From positions 128,001 through 192,000 of the forward strand of contig CAVXLD010000007.1 in assembly GCA_963762565.1 (NCBI GenBank): a DNA stretch of 64,000 nt, read 5' to 3'. The notes under the pieces were generated by a model that was not told the origin of the DNA, searched no databases, and was given only the letters and a program-made list of their open reading frames with translations. Shown here piece after piece: positions 9,102 to 18,618 of the stretch; the first letter of the stretch is position 1, and each line of letters opens with the position of its first letter. The DNA comes from an uncultured Verrucomicrobiae bacterium. GTDB taxonomy: Bacteria; Verrucomicrobiota; Verrucomicrobiia; Chthoniobacterales; JAFAMB01. A program made the position numbers and the translations under genes.

Positions 9102-9533
9102 CTACGAAGGTAACTCTTTCCCAGTGGTTGTAAGCGTTAGCTTGCCGTGTTTGACTCCTTTAGCGGCGATCAGATTATCGGCAAGGCGTCGCAACAGGGA
9201 AGCCCGGCCGCGAACCACGAGAACCTCCAGGCAGTTGTGGTGATCTAGGTGGACATGCAATGTCGAGATAATGGTGCGCAAATGTTCGTGTTGTATCGCT
9301 GTGAGGATCTTTTGAACTTGTGGGCGGTGATGGTCGTAAACCAGAGTGACCGTTCCAACGGCTTCATGGTCCTCTGATTCTTGGTAATGCTCCACCAATT
9401 GGTCTCGAATCATCTCGCTGATGGCCAACGAACGGTTTTGGAATCCTCTTTTTCGAGCCATGCGATCGAGGTCTCGAAGCAGCGCCGGATGCAAAGAGAC
9501 CCCAAAACGGGCGACGGGCTGTTCTTTCGGCAT
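9102..9533 (-). CDS. nikR: Nickel-responsive regulator NikR
   Basis: RFGVSL ribbon-helix-helix, NRSLAI, QHEH, STLHVHLDHHNCLEV. Confidence 0.95.
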   Translation of the reverse strand: MPKEQPVARFGVSLHPALLRDLDRMARKRGFQNRSLAISEMIRDQLVEHYQESEDHEAVGTVTLVYDHHRPQVQKILTAIQHEHLRTIISTLHVHLDHHNCLEVLVVRGRASLLRRLADNLIAAKGVKHGKLTLTTTGKELPS

Positions 9534-9580
9534 CTCTAAGTATGTAACCGGCGTCAGCAGCGTCAACGTAGCCGGTTGGC

Positions 9581-11836
9581 TCAGAATCGTGCAGTTAAGG
9601 TCACGCGCACGCTGCGCGACTCGGCTGGGTGAATTTCGATGTCGTCATACCCACCGCCATCCGGTCCAGGCGGTTCGAATTTTAGCCGGGACGCATAGTA
9701 GTAGGCGATATCCTGGGCGTGGGTGTTGAGTAAATTGTAGACATCCACCGCAATGCCGTATCTGGCATTGAATTGATATGCCAGGCGCAGGTAAAATAAG
9801 CTGGTCGCTTCGGAATGGATCTGATTCGACTGAGTCAATTCGCGAGGGCCGAAATAGCGCCATCGCAATGACGTTTCGAGCTTGGGTAGCAAAGGTAGGT
9901 TGTGCAGGATGATCCCGGAATCGATCACCATACCCACCGACTCCGGCACATATTGGCCGCCGGAGTTAGCCGCGATAAATCGGGCCTGTGATTGAGAGAA
10001 ATCGATATTAAAAGTCAACCAATCGTTTGGCGTGTAGTAGTTGCTGATTTCCAGTCCGTATCTTACCGACGGTGGACCGGGTACGGTATCACCGGTGTCG
10101 CCGTCAAATGTCAGCTCCCCTTTGGAGAAGAGAAACCAATAGGCGAACGTGGTCTGCAGCCCTGGCACCAAGGTCGTGCGAATACCCATTTCGGCGCCCT
10201 TCTGCTGGACCATTAAAGGTACGGCTGGAGCCGGCCCCCCTTCTGAAGCCAGCGGAGCCGTCTTAGAGGTAGCGCCGCGGGCATCATTGGTGTGATATCC
10301 AAATCCGCCGTCAATATAGAATTCGGTATTGTACCAGGGACCAAAAACGAATTGGGCCTTTGGACTGGCGAGAAATGAAGTCGCTACGCCGCCGTTCGGT
10401 CCGCCAAGCAAGTCGGTTACGCTGGCATCAATGAGGTCTCCACGCACGCTAAGGATGGTGCGAAACCAATCGGTCCATTGATACCGATTCTGGTAATAGG
10501 CAGCGGCGTTGAACCAATTGATGGAATCGTGGATAAGGCGTTCGTATACATTCCGGTGGTAGGTGTGGTTTAGCGTACTGTCAAAGATGTCGTCCTCGCG
10601 GACTTGCAGTCCGAAGTCGTTGATCATTGGCCGGCCAAGAAAGGTCCTCAAAACTTTGTGATCCAGCGTGAATCCGCCAATGACTCGTCGGTCTGCCTGT
10701 TCAAATTGGTCGCCCAGTATCGGATTGTTGAGAAAGTAGGTAAAATCTGAGAACAGATCTAAATCGTAGTATTGAGCGTAAAGCAGCAATTTGGTGGTGG
10801 AGTTGTCGGTTAAATGGCCGTGCCATTCTGCGCTGAGCATGTAACGCTGGCTATCACCGCCATCGCTAGGATCCAGGTTGCCAAAATAAGTAATTTCATC
10901 GCGCAAAATTGCCCGCAACGGCAGCTGGTTTTCGCCAGTCCAGGCGCCTGAGTAAGCGCTGAATGTCAGACTGAACCCGTTGTTTTCGCTGCCGATGCTA
11001 TATCGGAGGAAGCCGTTGAGTTTACGAAAGTTCTCCGGAGGGGTGAACGGTCCGTCATTGTGGAACCATTCAACGGCTAAAAGTATGGTACCGGGATTGA
11101 CCGCTGGCAGGACGCGCGGGGTACCGTTGAAGTTCGCTAAATCGTCCTCACCGAAGGTATGGGACATTGCAACTAACAACCGTTCGTATCCGTTCTCGCC
11201 GACCGTAGCGATGGCCAGGTTGTATGGCAACCGGTCATAGAAATGCATAGTGGCTGACCCGGCTGACGAGAAATCACCCACTAAAGCATTGTAAACTCCC
11301 TTATTGTAATCAACGGTCTCAACCAATTCCGGAATCAAGACGTTCAAGTCGTCGTATCCCTCACCATGGGCGTGGCTGGGTAGATTCATAGGGACGCCGT
11401 CCAGAAAAACCGAGAAGTCAGTCCCGTGATCCAGGTTGTAGCCTCGGAGAAAAAACTGATTAGCCTTTCCGCCTCCGGCATGTTGAGTGATGATCATTCC
11501 CGGTATGGTTTCCAAGATTTCGCCTGGCCGGAGCAATGGCCGAGCGCTGATTTCGTCCTGGCCCACCACACCCTCAGAGGCCGAACCAGCGACGTCGATC
11601 AGACTGGTCTGGCGGCCAGTGACCACAACCGGCTGCAAAGGTGTGCCGGGACTGGAAGACGCGGCGGCGTTTGGGCTGGCTGTCGCGACGGGCGTGGGAC
11701 TGGGGCTCGGTGTCAGGGTCGGGCTGGTCTGAGTAAACGCTCCGTTGACCGTCAGGATGGCCGAAACTGTTAAAGCCAATACTACCGGTAGGCTCCGGGT
11801 CGAGTGCAAACAGTAGGCACCATGGTTGGTCTGCAC
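9581..11836 (-). CDS. TonB-dependent receptor, probable nickel uptake
   Basis: HAGGGKANQFFLRGYNLDHGTDF plug, C-terminal Phe, co-oriented directly upstream of nikR. Confidence 0.88.
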   Translation of the reverse strand: MQTNHGAYCLHSTRSLPVVLALTVSAILTVNGAFTQTSPTLTPSPSPTPVATASPNAAASSSPGTPLQPVVVTGRQTSLIDVAGSASEGVVGQDEISARPLLRPGEILETIPGMIITQHAGGGKANQFFLRGYNLDHGTDFSVFLDGVPMNLPSHAHGEGYDDLNVLIPELVETVDYNKGVYNALVGDFSSAGSATMHFYDRLPYNLAIATVGENGYERLLVAMSHTFGEDDLANFNGTPRVLPAVNPGTILLAVEWFHNDGPFTPPENFRKLNGFLRYSIGSENNGFSLTFSAYSGAWTGENQLPLRAILRDEITYFGNLDPSDGGDSQRYMLSAEWHGHLTDNSTTKLLLYAQYYDLDLFSDFTYFLNNPILGDQFEQADRRVIGGFTLDHKVLRTFLGRPMINDFGLQVREDDIFDSTLNHTYHRNVYERLIHDSINWFNAAAYYQNRYQWTDWFRTILSVRGDLIDASVTDLLGGPNGGVATSFLASPKAQFVFGPWYNTEFYIDGGFGYHTNDARGATSKTAPLASEGGPAPAVPLMVQQKGAEMGIRTTLVPGLQTTFAYWFLFSKGELTFDGDTGDTVPGPPSVRYGLEISNYYTPNDWLTFNIDFSQSQARFIAANSGGQYVPESVGMVIDSGIILHNLPLLPKLETSLRWRYFGPRELTQSNQIHSEATSLFYLRLAYQFNARYGIAVDVYNLLNTHAQDIAYYYASRLKFEPPGPDGGGYDDIEIHPAESRSVRVTLTARF

Positions 11837-11866
11837 GACGATGAGTTGGTAAAACGTCGACGTCCA

Positions 11867-11893
11867 ATAACACGATTATTTAAAGCGTGTTAC
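11867..11893. promoter_or_regulatory. Candidate NikR operator
   Basis: TAACACG-N11-CGTGTTA inverted repeat about 30 bp upstream of the receptor-nikR operon. Confidence 0.65.
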
Positions 11894-11968
11894 ACAATCA
11901 AGCTAAAGAGGCGTCTATTTGTTGAAGAATGCGACCGCAGTAGAGCTAGGAATTGAAAAGTCGATTGA

Positions 11969-12307
11969 TCAATGGGTGTGCTCGTGATCTTCCTGTTCTG
12001 TAAAAGTCCAAGAGGCGAATGGATCCCAGAATCGCGTCTTCCATTGGTCCACATCAATAGCCATCTCCTCATCATCGAGTAAGCATCCTTTGAGGGCGGC
12101 CAACATTTCGCCCTTGGGTAGGTCCTGCCCAATAAAGACGAGTTCCTGACGTCGATCACCGTACGGTGATCGCCATTCCTTTTCGATGACGATCACCGCC
12201 ACCCGCCTGCCTTCGCGGTTGTTGAGGATGTGATTCAGCAAGGTCGTCTTCCCGGAACCAAGAAATCCGGAAAGAACAGTGACGGGAAGTTTTGATGGAA
12301 GATTCAT
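11969..12307 (-). pseudogene. Internally deleted COG0523 (ZigA/YciC-like) zinc metallochaperone, 112-aa in-frame remnant
   Basis: [27 protein letters not shown] joined directly to [16 protein letters not shown]; CxCC and G3-G4 motifs missing. Confidence 0.85.
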
Positions 12308-12326
12308 TCCAGAGTTCGATGACATA

Positions 12327-12368
12327 ATGCAAGTAATTTGCAACAACTTATCGCAAGTTAATTGCAAC
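12327..12368. promoter_or_regulatory. Tandem candidate Zur boxes (TGCAA-N5-TTGCA)
   Basis: TGCAAGTAATTTGCA and CGCAAGTTAATTGCA with starts 24 bp apart; same arrangement at 49803-49841, both before COG0523 genes. Confidence 0.7.
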
Positions 12369-12469
12369 TGTGCGGGGTCCGGATCAGCAGGAATCTGTCC
12401 GTCGGGGATTTTATGATGGGTCCGGTTGGTTACGCCGGATGGAACGCATTTAAAATTGCCGAGCTTCAA

Positions 12470-13687
12470 ATGCAGCGTGAAGATGTAGCAACTCGCCGTT
12501 TATTCGTGGCTACCGCAACTAACTCCCCTGACCTTGAAATCAAAGACGCACAACTCATCTTCGGCGCCGCCTGGCGGGAGCTAGAGGGGCAGTTTGGCCG
12601 TAGTAAAATGAGGTTCCCTAGGGAGCTGATCCTTCTCGGAGGAGCACCTGGCGCAGGTAAGGGTACTAATTCCGATTTCATTCGCAATGTGCGCAGCATC
12701 GATGCACCGCCCGTCGTGATATCCCAACTCCTTGACACGCCCGAGGCGCTTGCCATCAAAGCGCGTGGTGGAATGGTTGGGGACCGAGAGGTAGTCGGTA
12801 TCCTGTTTCGCAAGCTGCTTGAGCCGGAGTATGAGAACGGTGCATTGCTTGACGGTTTCCCACGCACAAAGGTGCAGGTGGAGTGCCTTAAGCTGCTCTT
12901 TGACGAGATGATTGCGCTGCGGCGGGAGTTCTCAGGCACTGCGGAAGAGATTCATTTCAAGCAGCCCCTTTTTCATATCATGGTGCTCTTCGTAGAAGAG
13001 GCGGAGAGCGTAGCGCGTCAACTAAAACGGGGCAGGCAGGTGGTTGACCACAATGAGGAGGTTACTCGCTCCGGCGTGGGCGAATTATGGGAGGCGCGCA
13101 CGACGGACTCTAGCGAAGTGCTCGCTCGGAATCGCTACCGCGTATTTAAGGAGCAAACTTACGACGCGCTCGTTTCGCTAAAGCAACTCTTCCACTATCA
13201 CTTCGTCAACGGCCAAGCGCCAATCCCCGAAGTTCAGGCCAACATTCTCCGCGAGCTCGAATACCAAAGCTCGTTGGAGTTAGACCCGCGCACCTTCGAT
13301 AGGCTTCGCAGGTTGCCACTGGCCAGCGATATCGTCCGGCACGCCCGGCAGGACCTCGTTCGCCGCCTGGACGGATATGAGGTGGAGCAGCCAGAAACAT
13401 TCGGCCGGGTGATCGAATTTATTGAGGCAAAGATGATGCCGATCGTCGTTCGTCACACGATTTCTGGCGTCGCCAATATCAACTCGGAAGAGGTCTTGTT
13501 TCAGGACCCGGTTGCCTTGGCGATGCTGATAGACGTGTTCTCCGAACGCGGTTTCCACGCAACCGTGGATGTCACTCGTGTTTGTGCGCCAGTCCACATG
13601 GATCTGCAGACCGGGAAGATTTCCTCCGAGGAGAAGAAGGTCTTCCGTTTTAACGTGCGCTTCAGAAGCGCACAGGTGCGAGGTTAA
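12470..13687 (+). CDS. adk: Adenylate kinase family protein, long form with C-terminal extension
   Basis: [11 protein letters not shown]-loop, [14 protein letters not shown]; start uncertain. Confidence 0.8.
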   Translation: MQREDVATRRLFVATATNSPDLEIKDAQLIFGAAWRELEGQFGRSKMRFPRELILLGGAPGAGKGTNSDFIRNVRSIDAPPVVISQLLDTPEALAIKARGGMVGDREVVGILFRKLLEPEYENGALLDGFPRTKVQVECLKLLFDEMIALRREFSGTAEEIHFKQPLFHIMVLFVEEAESVARQLKRGRQVVDHNEEVTRSGVGELWEARTTDSSEVLARNRYRVFKEQTYDALVSLKQLFHYHFVNGQAPIPEVQANILRELEYQSSLELDPRTFDRLRRLPLASDIVRHARQDLVRRLDGYEVEQPETFGRVIEFIEAKMMPIVVRHTISGVANINSEEVLFQDPVALAMLIDVFSERGFHATVDVTRVCAPVHMDLQTGKISSEEKKVFRFNVRFRSAQVRG

Positions 13688-13711
13688 AGCCACAAAACCC
13701 GGTAGTCTCAT

Positions 13712-13829
13712 CTAGTGTGCTGTCCGATAAATAACATGGCTTTCGCCCGGCAGCTGCCTGGCAGCTGCCGGACCAGCGGCCCATTTTGATCGCAACGAAA
13801 GCCATGTTATTTATGGGACAGCACACTAG
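13712..13829. mobile_element. MITE-like element (118 bp including CTAG at both ends)
   Basis: CTAGTGTGCTGTCCGATAAATAACATGGCTTTCG ... CGAAAGCCATGTTATTTATGGGACAGCACACTAG; 34-bp inverted arms with one mismatch. Confidence 0.8.
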
Positions 13830-13880
13830 AACTTAAAAAACCTGGACCTCTTCGGGACCCTCTTAGCCACCGGAGATTTT

Positions 13881-14810
13881 ATGCCCGTGGAGCCTTTTAG
13901 ATCGGAGAATCTCCAACTTGCGGACGGAAGCAGCCTGTATTGGGAGGTATCAGGAAATCCGAAAGGGAAACCGGCGCTTTATCTTCACGGCGGCCCTGGC
14001 TCTGGGGCGCAAGCGTGGTATCGCCAGCACTTCGATCCGGAACGATATCTAATTGTTTCTTTTGATCAGCGTGGCTGTGGATGCAGCCGGCCGCTGGTAA
14101 CCGAGCCGGGTTACGATCTCCAATCCAATACAACGCAGGCGCTCCTGGCCGACATGGAACAGTTACGGGGACATCTTGGCATAGAGCGCTGGCTGCTCAC
14201 TGGTGTTTCATGGGGATCGACTTTGGCGCTCGCTTATGCGCAAGCACACCCGGACCGAGTTTCAGAGCTAGTTCTCGCAGCAGTTACCAATACAACTAAC
14301 GCTGAAGTGACCTGGATCACCGAAACCGTCGGATGCATTTTCCCGGAGGCCTGGTCGGAGTTTGAGCAGAGAGCGAACCGGAGAGTAGGGGAAAGGGTAA
14401 TCGATGCCTACTATCGCCTGATACGGGATCCCGATCGGAAGACGCGGGAACTGGCGGCCGATGCCTGGTGTAAGTGGGAGGACATCCATGTTTCGCTCAA
14501 TCCCGGAGCGAAACCAAGCGCTCGATTCGCCGACCCCGATTTTCGCATGCTTTTTGCCACCCTGGTAATCCACTACTTTGCAAATGCGGCGTTTTTGGAA
14601 AGACACCAAATACTCCAGAATATGGAACGTATCGCTCATCTGCCTGGCGTGTTAATTCACGGCCGGTTGGACATTAGTAGTCCCCTGCAAACAGCGTGGC
14701 AACTGCATCAACGCTGGAGTAACAGCCGGTTGATTGTGGTGGAGAATGAAGGCCATGGCGGCCCAGTCATGTGGAATGAATTTACCAAAGCAATTGCGAG
14801 TTTCGGCTAA
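13881..14810 (+). CDS. pip: Proline iminopeptidase
   Basis: HGGPGSG, FDQRGCG, GVSWGSTL nucleophile elbow, GRLD, EGHG. Confidence 0.92.
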   Translation: MPVEPFRSENLQLADGSSLYWEVSGNPKGKPALYLHGGPGSGAQAWYRQHFDPERYLIVSFDQRGCGCSRPLVTEPGYDLQSNTTQALLADMEQLRGHLGIERWLLTGVSWGSTLALAYAQAHPDRVSELVLAAVTNTTNAEVTWITETVGCIFPEAWSEFEQRANRRVGERVIDAYYRLIRDPDRKTRELAADAWCKWEDIHVSLNPGAKPSARFADPDFRMLFATLVIHYFANAAFLERHQILQNMERIAHLPGVLIHGRLDISSPLQTAWQLHQRWSNSRLIVVENEGHGGPVMWNEFTKAIASFG

Positions 14811-14940
14811 CGAAATTGCCGTCCAGCGTGAGGTGACAATCGCCGAAATAAGGAAGCTGCAACGTCGACTCTCGCACCTGCAAGAGTGTTGCCGTTGCAA
14901 CACGTTGGAAGAGTGCGGGGAAAAGCTGCTCGACAGCTAG
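14811..14940 (+). pseudogene. C-terminal remnant of a MerR/SoxR-like regulator
   Basis: IRKLQRRLSHLQECCRCNTLEECG coiled coil plus Cys cluster; no HTH upstream. Confidence 0.5.
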
Positions 14941-14958
14941 TGACGTTACCGGTGTCGA

Positions 14959-17900
14959 TCACTGCGTAACGCTGATGGGGAGTTCAAGCGTCGTCGGTCC
15001 TGCCGAACCTTGATAGTTGACGTCAACGGTCCAATCACCTGCCATTTCGGGCGTCAGATGGGCGACATATTCTCCCGGCGCGTCTAGCTTTTCTACTTTT
15101 GCGGCCGAATGCATCACCATTCCAGGCATGTTCATTGATAGGTCCAATCTCAAGTGGGCTGCGTTTACGGGATGTCCGGCCCGATCTTTGAGCTCTATTC
15201 TTAGGGCGTTGTCTTTCGGGTAGATCTTACCATCAGAACTCATTATCGAAATCGCCATGTCGCCCTGAGTTAGCTTGGCCACGGGGACGACCAGATTGCC
15301 AGTCTGAGTGCTTCTGTTTCCGACGGTCCATGACCAGGCGAAATAAGTGATCACAATGATTAGGCTGGCAGCAACGAGCGCGAAACCCCGAACCAAAGTG
15401 CGGGATCTGGAAACCTTGATCGCTGGCAGTTGCACGGCAGCCTTTGAGGGAGAAGTGCCTTTTGGCAAAGCGCGCTTTTTCCAGATGACGAAGATGGCAG
15501 GATAAATCAGTAGTTCCAAAATCGCGGATGTAATTACACCGCCAATCATCGGAGTCGCGATGCGCTTCATCACATCAGCTCCTGCTTGATAGGGAGGCGA
15601 CCATAGAATTGGAAGTAGCCCGAAGATAATCGCGCTGACTGTCATCATCTTCGGCCTGATTCGCTGAACGGCGCCCTCGCGAACCGCAGCGGACAGATCC
15701 TGGAATGAGTTCATCCGGCCTTCACGCCGGAACTTTTCCCACGCTTGGTCTAGGTAAAGCAGCATCACTACGCCGGTTTCAGCGTCGAGGCCGGCAAGGG
15801 CAATGAGTCCGACCCAAACAGCTACACTCATGTTGTAGTTGAGGAGGTAGAGCATCCAGAATGCACCAACCAAAGAGAAAGGAACCGCGAGAAGAACGAT
15901 GAATGTCTTAATGACCGACTTAGTGTTCAGATAGATCAAAAGAAAAATGATTAGCAGGGTAAACGGTACGATGACCGCCAGGCGCTGTTCGGCTTCCTTG
16001 AGGTATTGGAATTGGCCGGCCCATTGAATGTAGTAGCCCTCCGGGAAATGGACGTTTTTCTGAATCTCAGCCGTCGCTGAGCGCACGTATCCCTCGATAT
16101 CTCTACTCGTGATATCGATGTAGACATAGCCTACGAGCTGAGCATTTTCCTCACGGATCGAGGGTGGTCCCGTTCGATAGTCGATGTGCGTCAAGAGAGA
16201 AATTGGCACCTGGGCTCCGGTCGGTGTTGCCACTAAAATTCGCTTCAGACTTTCTATGTCGCTGCGAAAATCGCGAGCGTAGCGTACGCTGATCGGGTAA
16301 CGCTCCCGTCCTTCGACGGTGGTGCTGATCGTGTTTCCGCCGATAGCGCTTTGGACGATCTGATTTACATCGTCAACTCGCAGTCCGTAACGAGCAGCGG
16401 CTTCCCGGTCGACCGTGAAATCAAGAAAATAGCCTCTGGTTGCTCGCTCGGCAAAGGCACTTCGGGTGTTCGGTAATCCGGAAAGAGTTTTTTCAATCTG
16501 TACTGCAACGTCTTCAATTCCTTTCAGGTCGGGCCCAAAAACCTTGATGCCGAGCACAGATCGAAACCCAGTGGTCAACATTTCGGTTCGTGTCTGGATC
16601 GGCATCCAGAAAATTTGGGCCATACCAGGTGTCTTAGTGGCCTCGTTTAGCTGGCCGATCAGCCTTTCCCAGGTCATCCCGGCTGGCCATTGTGTAGGCG
16701 GTTTCAGTTGAACCACGGTTTCAAACATCGACAGAGGCGCGGGGTCAGTGGCGGTATCTGCTTGGCCTGCCTTTCCGAATACACTTTCGACTTCTGGAAA
16801 CTGGCGCAGGATCCGGTCTTGTATCTGGAGAATCTTGGTCGCTTCGGTAATTGACATGCCTGGTATGGCTGTCGGCATATAGAGCAAAGTTCCCTCGTTA
16901 AGGGGCGGCATGAATTCCGTTCCTAGGCGGCTGAATGGGATCCAAGTTAGAGCCAGGACGATTACGGCCAGGATCAATGTGAGCCATCTAAAACGCAAAA
17001 CGAGACGAACGACAGGATCATAGATCGCCATCAATATCCGGTTAATCGGATTTCGGCGCTCGGGCGTAATCTTGCCTCGGATCAGCCAGGTCATCAGCAC
17101 TGGGACAAGGGTTATTGCTGCTATCGCCGCGAAAAACATCGCGAAGGTCTTGGTAAAGGCGAGAGGCCGGAAAAGGCGCCCTTCCTGAGCGCTGAGCGAG
17201 AAGACAGGAATGAAACTAACAGTTATAACCAGGAGCGAGTAAAATAGTGGTCTACCAACAGACTTCGCCGCGTCGATTAGTACAGTGACGCGCTCCAGAT
17301 TGTTCGGATCACGCCCTTGCTCTTCTTTAAAATGTTCGAGGGCCTTATGAGCGTTCTCGACCATGATGATAGCGGCATCAATCATCGCGCCGATGGCAAT
17401 AGCGATGCCGCCCAGCGACATGATGTTCGAGGTTAAGCCCAGCCAATAAAGAGGGATGAACGAAACAATGATCGCTACGGGAAGACTAACCATCGCAACT
17501 ACGGCCGATCGGAAATGCCAAAGGAATAGCAAGCAGACCAGAGCAACCACGATGCTCTCCTCGATTAGCTTTTCCCGCAATGTATCAATTGCGTGATTTA
17601 TCAGGATGCTCCGGTCGTAGGTGGGAACGATTTGTACTCCCGGCGGAAAGGAAGAGCGGATCTCATTTAGCTTCCTTTTTACTCCATCAATCACTTTCAC
17701 GGCATTCTCGCCGTAGCGCATGATGACAATGCCGCCGGCTACCTCACCTTTGCCGTTCAGTTCACTAACACCATAACGGAGGTCCGGGCCCAGATGAACG
17801 GAGGCGACATTTTTAATGAAAATGGGAACACCGTTTTGTGTCGTGAGAACAACGTCCTCAATGTCTTTGATGTTTTTGATGTAGCCGCGACCCCGAACGA

Positions 17901-18618
17901 AAAACTGAGTCGATGAAACCTCGAAGGTTTTGCCGCCCACATCTGCATTGCTGGCCCTGATCGCGCTGACGACGGTGCTTAACGGAATGTTGTAGGCGAG
18001 CAGCTTATTGGGATCGACATCGACTTGATAGTCTTTAGTAAAACCGCCAACGGAAGCCACCTCTGCTACGCCCGGCACAGATTCCAATGCATACTTCAAA
18101 TGCCAATCTTGGAAGGAACGCAGTGCGGCTAAATCCTGCTTCCCGGAATCGTCTACCAGAGCATACTCATAAACCCAACCTACACCCGTGGCGTCCGGGC
18201 CTATAACTGGGTTCACACCTTCTGGCAGAGTGCTCCTTACCGAATTCAGGTATTCTATCACTCGTGAGCGCGCCCAATAAATGTCGGTGCCATCCTGAAA
18301 GATCACGTACACAAACGACTTCCCGAACATCGATTCAGCGCGAACGAATTTAACTTTGGGCGCTGAAATAAACTTGGTCGAAATGGGGTAGCTGATCTGG
18401 TCTTCAATAAGATCAGGAGAGCGCCCCTCCCAGTCTGTGTAAATAATCACTTGGACATCGCTCTCGTCAGGAATTGCATCCAGAGGGATCTGCGAAATCG
18501 CGAAGAATCCGCCGGCAACCGCAAATAGCGTGAAAATGATAACGAGAAACGGATTGCGTGCGCTACCAGCGATGATGCGCTCGATCAAGGAACTGGCCTG
18601 TTCAGGAGGGGTTGTCAT
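14959..18618 (-). CDS. cusA: CusA-type Cu/Ag RND transporter with extra C-terminal YtkA/FixH-like domain
   Basis: DAIPD..DVQVII, GPDATGVGWVYEY, EFMPPLNEG, RIRPKMMT; about 170 extra residues with SMNMPGMVMH. Confidence 0.93.
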   Translation of the reverse strand: MTTPPEQASSLIERIIAGSARNPFLVIIFTLFAVAGGFFAISQIPLDAIPDESDVQVIIYTDWEGRSPDLIEDQISYPISTKFISAPKVKFVRAESMFGKSFVYVIFQDGTDIYWARSRVIEYLNSVRSTLPEGVNPVIGPDATGVGWVYEYALVDDSGKQDLAALRSFQDWHLKYALESVPGVAEVASVGGFTKDYQVDVDPNKLLAYNIPLSTVVSAIRASNADVGGKTFEVSSTQFFVRGRGYIKNIKDIEDVVLTTQNGVPIFIKNVASVHLGPDLRYGVSELNGKGEVAGGIVIMRYGENAVKVIDGVKRKLNEIRSSFPPGVQIVPTYDRSILINHAIDTLREKLIEESIVVALVCLLFLWHFRSAVVAMVSLPVAIIVSFIPLYWLGLTSNIMSLGGIAIAIGAMIDAAIIMVENAHKALEHFKEEQGRDPNNLERVTVLIDAAKSVGRPLFYSLLVITVSFIPVFSLSAQEGRLFRPLAFTKTFAMFFAAIAAITLVPVLMTWLIRGKITPERRNPINRILMAIYDPVVRLVLRFRWLTLILAVIVLALTWIPFSRLGTEFMPPLNEGTLLYMPTAIPGMSITEATKILQIQDRILRQFPEVESVFGKAGQADTATDPAPLSMFETVVQLKPPTQWPAGMTWERLIGQLNEATKTPGMAQIFWMPIQTRTEMLTTGFRSVLGIKVFGPDLKGIEDVAVQIEKTLSGLPNTRSAFAERATRGYFLDFTVDREAAARYGLRVDDVNQIVQSAIGGNTISTTVEGRERYPISVRYARDFRSDIESLKRILVATPTGAQVPISLLTHIDYRTGPPSIREENAQLVGYVYIDITSRDIEGYVRSATAEIQKNVHFPEGYYIQWAGQFQYLKEAEQRLAVIVPFTLLIIFLLIYLNTKSVIKTFIVLLAVPFSLVGAFWMLYLLNYNMSVAVWVGLIALAGLDAETGVVMLLYLDQAWEKFRREGRMNSFQDLSAAVREGAVQRIRPKMMTVSAIIFGLLPILWSPPYQAGADVMKRIATPMIGGVITSAILELLIYPAIFVIWKKRALPKGTSPSKAAVQLPAIKVSRSRTLVRGFALVAASLIIVITYFAWSWTVGNRSTQTGNLVVPVAKLTQGDMAISIMSSDGKIYPKDNALRIELKDRAGHPVNAAHLRLDLSMNMPGMVMHSAAKVEKLDAPGEYVAHLTPEMAGDWTVDVNYQGSAGPTTLELPISVTQ

